A stretch of 64,000 bases of DNA, from the NCBI RefSeq assembly GCF_009914755.1, contig NC_060926.1, one strand, 5' to 3'. Below the pieces are notes generated by a model. It did not search any database, was not told the DNA's origin, and was given only the letters and a program-made list of their open reading frames with translations. Position 1 is the stretch's first letter. Every line of letters begins with the position of its first letter. The translations under genes and the position numbers were made by a program. The stretch comes from the human T2T-CHM13v2.0 reference genome, Homo sapiens. Below, one piece after another: positions 46,787-59,863 of this stretch.

Positions 46787-48949
46787 TGAATTAATTTTTG
46801 GCTTATCAAAAAGTGCAAGCATAGAACAGAGAGTTCCTGTGTAGCCTTCACTCAGTTTTTTAAAATTTTTAATGTTGTCCTGTTGAATATGCTTGTGAAA
46901 GACACCTAAAATTCTTTTTGAAACAAGGCTCATAGTGAACACTATTTTGAACACTCAGATGTTGTGTGCATCAAAACAAATAGGATGGAAATGACTGATA
47001 CGGACATCTCAGGTGGGATGATATTGGAAGGATGACCTAGCTTAACACTGAACTGATGCTGCATGTCCCAATAATTCGCTCAAAAGTGATTTGATCACAA
47101 GCAAATAGAAACCAAACAATATGTTCCAAAGAAAAGTAGCCAATAGGACAATATGGTTAAAAGTCTTAATTTATGGGAACTGGATTTAAAATATATTAGT
47201 AATTAGTATTAATCATGGGATTGAGTCACAACCCTTTATGTGGCTTTAAGCATTTTGTCCACATATCAGATTTTTCTATTTATAATTATAATAACCCTTA
47301 ATTTGTTTCTGGCCAATAGAATATTAGTTGAAATTATCAAAAAGTCCAACAGTTTAAAGCTTGCTTATATATGGTTTATATTGAAAGTTATGAAGCATTG
47401 TTATGGCATGATCCTATTTTGCAGGGGGTCAGGGTTGTGTGTGTGTGTGTTTATCCATGTGTATATATGTGTATGTGTGTAGGCACATTAAAAACGACCT
47501 GAGAGGAAATTACTCAAAGTTTCAACCAGGTAGGTGACTTACAATGCCCCCTTTTTTTTTTTTGCATATCTGTATTTTCTAATTTCTTTTATTGAGTAAC
47601 ATTGTTTTTATACCGGGGAAAATAAACAAAGAACTGAAATAATAAAATAAAGCATGGAACAAAATATATAATTCCCAGTTTTAATAGATTTCCCTATTAC
47701 TTGCTCTTTAGGTTTTAGCCAGTCCAATTTTGTTGGTTATTTAGGTTGTTTCAAATATATATTGTTGTTGAACAATTCTCTTTTCCAACTTTTCAGTATT
47801 GTAAGAAGCAAATAACATAAATAATTGACAAAAAAGGAACCAGTTGTGACAATCAGACAAAAATGCTGATGACGCAGAGAACTGCCTCACTACCTTGTGA
47901 TACATACACACTAAAATTACCAACACTGAAAAACCAGTGATTGTATTCACCCATTTTCAATAAGTATTATTTGTACCAATTGTTCTGTTGACAAAGTTAC
48001 TTTTAAAATAAAGTTTAAAGTAAACTATAAGTACTTTATATTTGATCAAATTATCTTTGGCAAAATTTCATTTAGCCAAATTGTTTTCAGCCAAATTATC
48101 TGCTATAGTTTGTGAATTTGAAACATTTTGACATTTCCAGTCAGGACTGAATATGCTGATAATTCGCAAAAGTCCTGAGCTGTGAAGCAAAAAGAAGGCT
48201 TTCATCAATCCTGGGGCTAGTCTACTTTCTGGAATATGTCCATTGTATAATATGAGGAATGAGAAGGGTTATATTCTGCAGAAAGTTCTACAGCATAATA
48301 ACAAATGCAGTAACAGGTGTATGGCTGTGGTGGAAGCTTGGTCAAATTGAAACTGGAACAGGAATAAACCTTTACTTCATTTATACTTTAGGTGACAAGG
48401 TAGCACATTTGTACATAATAAGGCTGGCCTGGGGATGGAGGGAGTCCCTGCCCTGACTGTGACTCAGTGAGACTCTTTGCCTGGTCCTAGTCCAAGAGAA
48501 ACGCATGCTATGATCTCACTGAAGTCTGAAGTGACTCTGAAACTTTGCAGTAAAAAGAAAATTTCATCCTTTAAGATGGTGAGTTACCAGAGAAGTCACA
48601 AGGATAAAATGAATGATGGAGGTTTCTGGAAGATGTTATCACCACATTCATAGCATCTAGCCTTTCGTATACATTGGGATGGAATGGGTAAGAGACAGGC
48701 TTGGGGCTCAGTCTCCTAACTGGTTAGTAACTAAAGATGCCTTGGAGAGGAGAGTTGAGAGTCCATATTTTTCACAGAAATTCTTTTTGAGCCACATTGA
48801 CATTCCTAAAACACCGCACATACTGATGCTATGATTTCACGGTCATTTGGTCTCTAATACCCACAAACTTTGCCTGCCCCTAGCATAGTTTTACAGCGTT
48901 TGTTTAAAAACAACACCCCAAACTAAAACCTTACCTGCATAAACCAAGC

Positions 48950-49400
48950 ATATCTGTGGTTTGGAAAACAGGCCAGGAGTCTAGAGTTCTATTTCTAACT
49001 ATGCAGCTAACTTCCCAGGTGGACTGGAAGAAATCCTTGATTCCTTTGCTCCTTAGTTTCTTCATATTCATCCATCCTTCTGAAAGGTATTCCTTAAGTA
49101 CTGGGACCCTGTGGATACAAAAATAAATAGAACCTAGCTCCTTTGTCAAGATCCTTGGAATTTAGGGGAAAAGACAAACAATAATTGAAGATTGCAATCC
49201 AGTGTGGTAAGTTTGTTGTTGGAAGTAGGCACTGAGTCCTAGGGGAGCACAGAGAAGGAATGTCAAATCAAGCTTGGAGCTGGGGAGGTGAGTCAGGGAC
49301 CACATCAAAGGAGTAGTGATGTCTTCCTGCAAAGTTAAACTCTGTGAAATGAGCAGGGCTTATTAGTGGATCCAGAAGAATATTTAATCTATATTCCTAT
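48950..49400. mobile_element. MIR and L2 fragments
   Basis: gagtctagagttct...ccttagtttcttcat (MIR); aagtactgggaccctgtggataca...gggagcacagagaagg (L2). Confidence 0.5.
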
Positions 49401-49959
49401 GTTAATTGAAGAGATGGTAATTTGAGGTCCCTGTATAGGGAGAAGTTTTTCCAGAGCTGTAAGAAAGAAGCAAAGTACAAACAAATTTGCCTAATATATC
49501 CATGGCTGCTTATCCCCAGAGAGTGGTCTAGATCTTAAGATCTTTCTAATATGCTCCAAGAAGAAAATATTTGTTCTTGGGACATTTCTGTCACTTAATA
49601 TATTTGCCTTTAGACATTTGAAGGGTATCTGGCTTTCATAAGAAGTCACAGTCACCTGTGTCACTTTCCTCTCAACAGCCCCTTTCTTTGTACATTTCCT
49701 TGTAATGCACTATGAACTCTAGGTTGAATCATTCAAGTGCTGTAATATTCACATGAAAGCAACACCAAACTTTGTCTCCATTTTTAGGTTCATGTCAAAG
49801 CTAGTTTTTCACTAAATATCTCTGGTTACCATTTGATTTGATTTTAAAATAATATTTCACTTTTCTAAAAGTCGATCTGTTCCACCAAGTCTTAACTCAT
49901 TGTAGATACAGTTATAAAATCATAAGCAGACAAATAATTCTCATTTCTAGCACATACGT

Positions 49960-50445
49960 TGCTTTCTTCCCAATGTCCACTTTTCCTCTTCTTTTTCCCA
50001 AGAGAATTTCAATTTGATCCAGGATGGATACTAGTTAGCCGAAGTCAACCTTGAGAATTCTATTCCTTTATTCAGTGGTTGACTTAGGAAAGGGCAATTC
50101 TGGTCTCTTTGGGGGAAGTCAGCTGGCAAGCCTCTGGAAAAGGTTTCCTTCTCCTAAAAGACACACAGAAGTTGATGTTCTCTCTCCTTTTTTGGAACAT
50201 TGGTGCATCTAGAGTGGCCCTGGAACCACGGCAGCCATATTGCCACCAGCTGGAAGACGAAGCCAACGGTGGGAGAAGACAGAGCTGGTCGAATCCCCCA
50301 GGAGTAAAATGCAGCCTGTAGTACCCTTCCTGGATTGTATCCTACTTGGAGTCTTCTTGTTCTGGGAGGCAATAAATTTCTTTGTTATTTAAGCCATGAT
50401 GAATCAGCGTTTTCAATTATTTGCAGCCAAAAGCATCCTAAGCAA
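49960..50445 (+). mobile_element. Old MLT1 MaLR LTR
   Basis: ggcagccatattgccacc...aataaatttctttgttatttaagcca...ttgcagccaaaagcatcctaa. Confidence 0.7.
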
Positions 50446-50504
50446 TAGCCAAGTATGCATGGAAGTTCATGCACTTCTCTCACAGAACATTATGTCAGAC
50501 ATTT

Positions 50505-50566
50505 AGTTCTAGGAAACAGGCTTATCTGATTTCTCAGTTCTAGGAAGCAGGCTTATCTGATTTCCT
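50505..50566. repeat. 31-bp tandem duplication carrying TTCTAGGAA and CTTATCT motifs
   Basis: agttctaggaa(a/g)caggcttatctgatttc(tc/ct) occurs twice. Confidence 0.92.
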
Positions 50567-52544
50567 AGTTTCTGGCAGATTAGAAATAACTTTCTCTATT
50601 CTCTAGAAATAGAGAAAGTTAGAGACAGGCAGCTGGACAGAGAAGGGAGAGACATGAAGGCAGAACCAAGAACTCAAGAGGCAGCATTGTGGGGTTATTT
50701 AATGCTGGAGCAAACAAGTTCTCCCATCTCTGTAGCTCTTGTGGGTATGAGAGCATAGTTCAGTGACTAACCCATAATGACAGTCATGTGTCTGTCATCA
50801 AAGGAAGTTTGCTTTCTGTTTACTCTGTTTCAGAAGGGGAATGAGGCTGAATAGTATGTAAAAATATTTCTTTGTAAACAAGGAAAAGCTTAAGTGATTA
50901 AAAGGATAAGCTTATCTGAAAAGGCACATGGAGAACAAACTCACTCCCTGGCTATGCTAAAAAAATGAGTGCTAATTATATATGCAAATGAAACCTATTA
51001 AAAAGTTTGCTTCATCCAGAGAAAAGGGAAGAAAAAAAAATGAGGCAGTAGTTTGATTGTTGCATAGAGCAGCTCACTTCAGTTTTGGTCCCCATGAGAA
51101 GCCCCAGCAGAGAAGCAAAGCTAAGAAGTGAGGACATGGTGTTGCTCTTCTGCAAGTGACTTTATTTTGGCTCAATGGCTCAGCAAGTTTGCCTAAGCTG
51201 TTTCCTCAGAAGCCTGCCAGTAGGAAGTAAATAAGCTGCTTGACTCTACTCATAGAGGGGGTTGAGCACTCCTAATTAAAATGTAAATAATTCTCAGGGC
51301 CAACAGCTTGTAGACGATAATGACTGGAAAGATCACAGAAACTAAAATCGCACACGCAAAACAGGTTCTAAGTCTTTGTATACACAAACACTAAGCCTAC
51401 CAATTGATTTAGTCACCTCCGTGAGAAATCACTGGAACCAAGTTATTTGCAAGCATGCAGCAGGAACCAGGTAGCTGGTATACTCTGGTGACACCAGGGA
51501 GTAAAGCTTACCAAGTCCACGGGGCATGGATAACTCAAAAAACAAGGGCTTTCTGCAATCAGCTGGTGAATCTGTGGTCCCACACAGCCCCGCCCCAAGG
51601 GTTAGGATAGCTCCTCCTGCCCAGCCCATCAGAAGTCTGCCCAGAATCTTCCAAGGCTCATATGTGGAAGATGAGCTATCTGGACAGGCCCCACCCAACA
51701 GAGAAGTGTTACTTTGGTTTTAAAATCACCCTTCATTTGAGAAGTACCCTGAAACTTTAATATGCAAATAACAGCTAAATAAAAGGAAAAGCCCAATACA
51801 GTTTCTAATTACCAACAAATGCGTATGTATCTTACACATGGTAGCTACTCATAACTTTTTAAAATGAATAAGTGATCTGTTAACCAGAGTACTACATGAG
51901 GGAAACAGAGAGAGAATTAAATACTTTTACTAAGAATGAAACTTAAGGCTCTTTAGTTTAGTAGTTTTCAATGGCATTTTTGTTTTCTTCATGCTAGGAT
52001 ACTGCCATACATGCTAGGATTATCTTACTGGTAAATTACTATTGTTGTTAGATAACATTTTGTTGGCATTGTCCTAAACACTCCACATTCATTATTTCAT
52101 TTTATTGCCACAATAGCATGGGTACAATTATTAAGCCTATGAAAAATGAGGCTTAGAGGTGCAAAGTAATTTGCCTGAGGACACGGAATGAGGACCTGCT
52201 GGGTCACCAGGCAAACATAGGTTCATTCCTATGGCACCTCTACATATTTACCGATAATAGTTGTACTGAATTTTTTCCAGATTTTCTTTCATGTTTTAAA
52301 TAGAAGAGACTGAAGATTCTCTCATCTGCATTATGATATGTTGTTTTCAGGAAGAGAGAAAACTGGAATCATACATGGAGGATGGTGAGAAATTATATAT
52401 GTTCATGGAGTGTCTCACATGTTTGTCAACAGAAGTGAAAAGATCGTGACCCAATTTTAGAGTTACTTATTCAGGCAACTCTATTATAATGAGTTACTTC
52501 AACACTGTAGTGTTCTCCCATTCTAAATTCTAAAAAAAATTAAT

Positions 52545-52680
52545 TTGTTTTGTATTTTTTTTAGTAGAGATGAGGTTTCACCGTGTTAGCCAGGATGGTC
52601 TCGATCTCATGACCTCGTGATCCGCCTGCCTCTGTCTCCCAAAGTGCTGGGATTACAGGTGTGAGCCACCATGCCCGGCC
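52545..52680 (-). mobile_element. AluY-like left monomer only
   Basis: ttcaccgtgttagccaggatggtctcgatctc; 13-bp TSD aaaaaaaattaat. Confidence 0.9.
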
Positions 52681-53055
52681 AAAAAAAATTAATATATTTT
52701 TTTAATTCTCCTGATGCTTACTTGATTTTTCAGGTTGATTTTTTTGAAAACAGACTTAAACTTTTTTGACATTCTATATTCATTTATTCATTCATTCGTT
52801 CATTCACATAATTACTATTTATTGCCTTCACAATGTCTGGACAATACTGTGAAGGTTAAGACACCAGCAGCTTCTGTTTTTCATACAATCTTTCTTGAAA
52901 AGTTACATTTTTCTTCTTCAGTAGCTGGTTTGGGTTCACAAGATATATAGGGTTTGACTTTGGTGACCTCCAAATCGGTCCAACCTGCACTGCCTTCTGG
53001 ATATATAAGGTAGCTCATAACCATGTTTTTGAATACTGTGTCTTACTATTTTCTC

Positions 53056-53120
<65 letters not shown>
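53056..53120. repeat. Compound microsatellite (GT)11(AT)21
   Basis: Read directly from sequence. Confidence 0.97.
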
Positions 53121-53126
<6 letters not shown>

Positions 53127-54089
53127 CTTTTGTAATATGTGTATGTTACATATATAACATGCATATGATAGATGTTACAAATACATGCCCAATGTTACAG
53201 CAATATATGCTTCCTGGGAGAAAAGTATTAAATCACAAGAAGTATATAAATTTTAAATGAAATATTTCAGAAATTTTACTGCCAGAGGTAATCATTTTTG
53301 AAAGTTTAGTGTTTTATATTCCATATTTTGGAGTTGACTATTTTGTGAATTCATTACTCTGTTCCCTTCCCCACTTTGGTGTGACCTCTTTCCCTGGTTT
53401 TTTATTGGCCCTCTCTGCTCAATTTGATTCCACTTCCTGCAGTTACTCCTCTGGGTGGGCCCCATCCTGCAAGGGAGCTGCTGTTCTCAGGTCTGCTCTT
53501 TTGTGGGTCACTTTGTCTCACATCTTTCAGACACCTAGTTACTTCCCTCTTCATTTACCTGATGGACACCGTCAGTGGTTTGCCCCTACCTGCTTTTATT
53601 TTGTGGTTTGGAGGGCTATCTTATAGCCAGTTTAGTTGCATATGTTGTTCATGGGAATTTGGGTTTACTATTTCATTGTTCTGTATGTTTTTATGTAAAA
53701 TACAGAAAGATTCAAAAGCTATGTTACTGTTACTTCCATCTTCCCAGAGTCTCCCTCTACCATCAGACTTCCTTCTTTGAATAACAGGTTAAAGCTAGTG
53801 ATGGAAGATGATCAATGTTATCCTTAATTGGCCCCAGACTAATCAATTATGATGCTACTTAAGATAATGTTTGCCAACCTTGCATGTACATCAGCAACAC
53901 CTTAGGACTGTAAAACAGCTGATCCCCAAGAGCTTTCCTGATTTAATTGGTCTGCAGTAGTGTGTTCTCACATGATTCCAGTGTGTGGCCAAGGTTAATA
54001 ATCACTGATATGGAGGAAACAAAATTAAAGCATTTCAACTCTCTTAGCAATCTACTGAGACTAAGCCAGTTCTGTGTGCTCAATCTGCA

Positions 54090-55200
54090 CATTAAGTGTG
54101 GTCCCTTTCCTCACTCTAAGCCCCTATGCCTCAGGTGAGGCTGGTTCATTCTCCAGCAACTACAGTAGCCAAGTCATCCATACATGGCCAATCAGTGTAC
54201 TCCATGCTTGTCCAAGGATAGACATGTCACCCAAGCTGAACCAATACAAAATTTCCCTATGACATTTGCTGGAGTTATTATGCATCACTCTCTTTTTACA
54301 GAAATTGTGAGCTTCAAGATCAGTGTAAACCTACAAATTCCTTTTGCCATCTTTACCCCCAAATGAGAAGAATCTGCTTGGGAATGAAGCTTAGAGAGTA
54401 AAACATTTGACAGGTAGAAAGAGTAAAAAAGTATTCTGATTACACCATTGATGGGATTTTTAGGGGTCCAAATATAATACCTTATTTTACCTAAATTCAG
54501 AACAAATTTAGAGATAAATGCAGGCTAGGTAATTGGAAAAGAAATAGTTTTATGATTGAGAAGCTGATTGAGCTCATGGCTTTGGATTGCTGCCCAAAAG
54601 AATTTTCTAAAACTCTGCTCCTTAGTTCATCTTAGTTCATGCTTCTACTTAGTTCTCCTTAACACAACCGGCCATTGGCATGGCTGGAATCTTTGGACCT
54701 TGTCCTCCATTGTGGACTGCTTAGCACCAGGAAGGCAGATGATAAGACAGACAAACTGATCAGACAGAATGAAGGGCACTGGAAGAGCTGAACCATACCC
54801 AGATGCCAGTTTCTTTCCCAAACCCCCAGTTGGATAACTCTCCCAAGCCATGGCTCACAGTTTGGTGAGCTGAGTTTCTGCTAGATCTTAGCCCCCTCTT
54901 GTCTCTTCTATGCCAACACACCTGCAGACCCAGATCACTCTTCCTACCTTTGGGAGAAATAAATGAGCACACTGAGAGAAGGTGCGAGGGTTCTGTTCAT
55001 GCTTGCTCATCCTGAGAAAGAAAACGGGGAATAAGTGTTCTCCACTTAAAATTGTTTGAGCCTCTGAATCCAGCAACATATGAAGCCAGATGCACTCCTG
55101 AATTTCTGAGTGGTGATCATACACCTTTTCTTTCTTTGTTTAAGTGAGTTTTAGTTAGGTGTTTGTCATTTGCAAACCCAAAGTCTTAATTAATACATTA
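54090..55200. mobile_element. Old ERVL/MaLR LTR fragments
   Basis: catgtcacccaagctgaaccaat and tttaagtgagttttagttagg...atttgcaaacccaaagtcttaattaataca motifs. Confidence 0.45.
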
Positions 55201-56239
55201 ACTAGTTTTCTTCTGTTTAATAAAATTAAATGTCAAGAGCCATAGATGGAGTAACTCTAAGGAGACACCATCCTTTCTTGTGCTGTAAGTGGGCCTCCTT
55301 TGAGTGCACATTAGGCTTCACATGTTGGATTTGAATCTGATTGTCCTTTGGGATCTTCATAACATGGCTTTGTCTGAAGGCCTTCCACTACTCCTCCACC
55401 CCTGCCTTTTGGTCTGGTGCAGCAGCAGTTTCATTGACACCGATCCCAGTGTACTGCACCATCCCTTGTAGTTCTGTACTTCCGAACCTTTTATAAACAG
55501 TCCTTTGATTAACCCTCCTCAAGTTATTCTACTTTTAAACTTTGAATGAAGCATCTTTTTCCATTAGAAAAGACTGATAGATCTTTTCTATATCTGACTG
55601 ATAGATCAGTCATTATGTTACTTTGACACAGTCATATCTTGGCTGGCACTACAATGTTCTTAAAAGTGTTGACATATTAACTTTCAAATATATCTACTAT
55701 ACAAAGGTCAAAACCTTTGAATATATTGCCAGAGTTTTTTTCCCTCAATAAGTACAAAGTCTGGCTATTTAAAAGAAATCAAGTTTTCAAAAGAAATAGT
55801 TATTTTTTCTTGATTAGATTAACAAGAACAATAAAACATGAACATCTAAACAGGAAGAAATATTTGCTTATCTCATAATTCTTCTAATGGTGAGAAGAAC
55901 TTAAAATTTTTATTTAGCTGATTTAAACTGTAAATATTATTTTAAGATATCACATATAAAAGAAAATTGAGCAAAAAGTTTTTCTGGGGAGAGGTGTAAT
56001 ATGCTGTGGCTTTTTGGGTACTATTCTTAGATGAGTGTATTAATTTTTTCTATTCTTTTCTCTCTTTATTCCTCTTTGACCAAGGGTGAAAAATTCTAAA
56101 ATGTTATTTCTAACCTCCATTTTTTTCTCATTATCTATCTACTAACCTCATTTGATATTAAAAAAGCATACATAATTAAAATTGCTGTTTGGCGGGGAAT
56201 TTTAAATGGTACTAATGTGCCACTAATGTTTTCTTTTAG

Positions 56240-57000
56240 CTACTCAATGTAAACAAGTCAATAGCTTTTGCTGCATCCCCAAAAAACCAATGAGAAAACA
56301 TAATAGGAAAAAGAGACACCCCATGCACAATAGTACAAAAGGGCATGAAATATTTATGACTAGCCTTAACAAGAAATGCGCATGACCTAAATGAAGACAA
56401 TTATACAGCTTTATTGAGAACATAAAGAAGATGAACGATGACAATAAAAGTTACCCTTTCCGCATTCTTCATGCTAGGCTCAGTGCTCCATGCTCCCCTG
56501 TGTCACCTCCTTATCTATGAAGCAGAGAAGCCCTGTAGTAGCTGGCACACTGCTCGTGAGCCCAACTCAGGCCTCAGGCAATTTACTTAACTTCCCTGTG
56601 CTCCAGTTTCTGCATCTATAAAACCAGGACAGGGAAAATACATACTTCACAGGATTGTTGTGAGATTTAAATACGTCACTACAAAGTGTTTAGTATAGTG
56701 CTGGGCAAATGGCAAGCCCTCATTTATATTAGTTATGTTCACCATTTCTTATAACCCCATGACGCAGGCACCATTATTATAATCATGTTACAGGAGAGGA
56801 AACTGATTATCAGAGAGGATAGCAGCTTGCCTAATGTTATCCAGCAAGTAAGTGACTGGGATTCCTAGGCTGACCGGTCCAACTCAAGAGCTAGGACTTG
56901 TGATTTATTACATATCTGTGTTTTCAGAGAAGACAACGGTCATTTTTATGACACTTTCTGGAATAATTCTAGAGTTTATCTTAAAGAATAAACAGGTAAA
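56240..57000 (+). mobile_element. Old L1 ORF2 fragments with intervening MIRs
   Basis: aagtcaatagctttt...ttaacaagaaatgcgcatgacct (L1); atttacttaacttccctgtgctccagtttctgcatctataaaa (MIR). Confidence 0.6.
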
Positions 57001-57006
57001 GCTGTG

Positions 57007-57324
<318 letters not shown>

Positions 57325-57387
57325 AGGGTGATGGCAATGTTCTTTATCTTGATTTGGTGGTGGTTAAATGACTATAATCCTAGTCAA

Positions 57388-57918
57388 TTTTTTTTCATTA
57401 TACTTTAAGTTCTGGGATACATGTGCAGGTTTGTTACATAGGTATACACGTGCCATGGTGGTTTGTTGCACCCATCAACCAGTCATTTACATTAGGTATT
57501 TCTCCCAATGCTATCCTTCCCCTAGCCCCGCAACCCTCGACAGGCCCTGGTGTGTGATATTCCCCTCCCTGTGTCCATGTGTTCTCATTGTCCAGCTCCC
57601 ACTTATGAGTGAGAACATTCAGTGTTTGGTTTTCTGTGCCTGGGTTAGTTTGCTGAGAATGATGGTTTCCAGCTTCATCCGTGTCCTGCAAAGGACATGA
57701 ACTCACCCTTTTTTATGACTGCATAGTATTCCATGGTGTATATGTGCCACATTTTCTTTATCCAGTCTATCATAGATGGGCATTTGGGTTGGTTGAAGTC
57801 TTTGCTATTGTGAATAGTGCCACAATAAACATATGTGTGCATGTGTCTTTATAGTAGAATGATTTATAATCCTGTGGGTATATACCCAGTAATGGTATTG
57901 CTGGGTCAAATGGTATTG
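57388..57918 (-). mobile_element. L1PA 3' end (about 530 bp)
   Basis: ttatactttaagttctgggatacatgtgcag...ctcccacttatgagtgagaacat...gggtatatacccagtaatgg. Confidence 0.92.
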
Positions 57919-58089
57919 CTGGAAACTTTACATTTAAAAAGGGTGAATTTTATATGTGAAAATTATACTGCAATAAAACTTGGGAAAAAAGAAGATTTCT
58001 ATTATTAAAAAGACAAGCAGTCAATTGGGAAGAAACTTATACAAATATGACAGAGTTACTATGTTTGCTATACCACCAATCAAACCAAA

Positions 58090-58625
58090 GAATCTATAAC
58101 CTATGACCCAGCAACATCAGTTCTAAGTATACATCCAGAAATGACTACTTACATCTGCCTAAAGACTTGTAAAGAATATTCATAGCTGCCTTCTTTATAA
58201 AAGCTCCGTATTGCAAAAAACCCACATTTCCATCAACAGTAAAATGGATAAATAAATTGTGGTATACTCATGCAATGGAAAACCACACAGAAATGAAAAA
58301 GAATGAACTATACATGCAACCTGGATAAATTTCCCAAACATAATGTTGAATGAGAGAAGCTTGACACAAGAGTATGTACAGGATGTTTTCATTTATAAGC
58401 CTATAAAACAGGCTAAATTTATCTATACCAATAGAAACTAGAATAGTGATCACTTGGAGGTGGTTACTGCTAACTGGGAAGAGGACTGGGGAGCCTTAGT
58501 GTGCTGGAAGTGTTTTATATCTTGATCTGGGTGTTGGTTACATGGGTGTGTACATATGTAAAAATTTGTTGAGCTATATAATTAAAATATGTTTACTTTC
58601 CTGTATGTAAATTACACATAAAAAT
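58090..58625 (+). mobile_element. Old L1 (L1M) 3' end
   Basis: cctatgacccagcaa...aataaattgtggtatac...atcttgatctgggtg. Confidence 0.75.
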
Positions 58626-58769
58626 ACCTAATCTGAATTAACGAGATGAGCCAAGGATGTGAGACCACAAAAGAAGAAATCAACTGACTTAACTATTATG
58701 GACACATAGATACACACTCCATCTCAGTAATCAGACAAATGTAAATGAAGTTTTAAAAAAGTATAATAT

Positions 58770-59270
58770 CTGGGGTTAAGGAGGATGAAGAAGTTATGAG
58801 GAAGATCTTAAGATGAAGATTTGTGGGCAAATAATTATTAAGGAAGTTCTTAAGTGAGAAACCAGTAAGGGAGTTGGGGAAGTAGAATAGGAAGAGGAAG
58901 AAGCCAAGAAAGGGTCCAATTGCAGATGAGGTTTCATTCTCAGTCTAATTCCATGGGCGCTCTGGAGTGTAATTGACACTGCATAGTTTATTCTGCATCA
59001 AGGCAAATAATCTGGGTTTTCATACTCCTCTATAATTCTGGGGTTGACTACCTGCTGCCTTGGGGTGAGGGGTGGGACATCAACTCTGCCCCACCCCACT
59101 TCTGGCCCTCAGTGCATCCTGTCTAATGGTGTCCTGTAGCCCAAGGGTAGATCTCTGAAGAAGGGGACTGGTGAGTTAGGTTAGGAGCTGAGTGTGCGGA
59201 AGCTGGGAGATTGGGAGATAAGCACACAGAAACAATAAAGGGGATCCAGGGAATCCAGTCAGAGCACTTG
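58770..59270 (-). mobile_element. ERVL LTR (LTR16/33-like)
   Basis: agatgaagatttgtgggcaaataattatt...gggagttggggaagtagaataggaag. Confidence 0.5.
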
Positions 59271-59863
59271 TGTTGATGCAAGTTTGGAGATTAAACATGA
59301 GGTTGAAATGACTAATTATGAATGTTGAGCACAAAGAAATAAAATGAGGAATGAATGAATGGTCTTTCCCAAAACAATTCAGTCTTTCCAATAACTTCCC
59401 CATACTTTTTTTTTTTTAAATAGGTGCTTTGTTTCCAAGTTAAACAGAAGATACATATGGGAGATTCATAGACAAAGAGGTGAGGAGTTGATTTGTTCAG
59501 AAAACATTCAGATCCTATTCAAATCTTAGAATTTGTTGAGTTATGTATGTGCCACAGAGAAGCACTTGGGTTGCGAAATTGTGTGTTTGTTCTCTCTGGC
59601 AGGCTATTTATTTGGTTGTTGTCCATTCTTGTCCTATCTTGCACAGTCATACACGGTCTCTTCTTTGCCAGAGTACTTTGCATTTTATTGCATTTGATTT
59701 TAATGACATTCTGTGAGGGCGTCGGCCAACTGTTTTCCAGATGAGAAAACCGAGGCTAGATAGGTTAAATTGTTGCCTCTCAAATTTAGCAGCACATCAC
59801 ACCACTTGAAAGAGCTTTGTAAACTACTATTTGCAGTGCTTGAAGGTGAGGACCAAACCTGGG

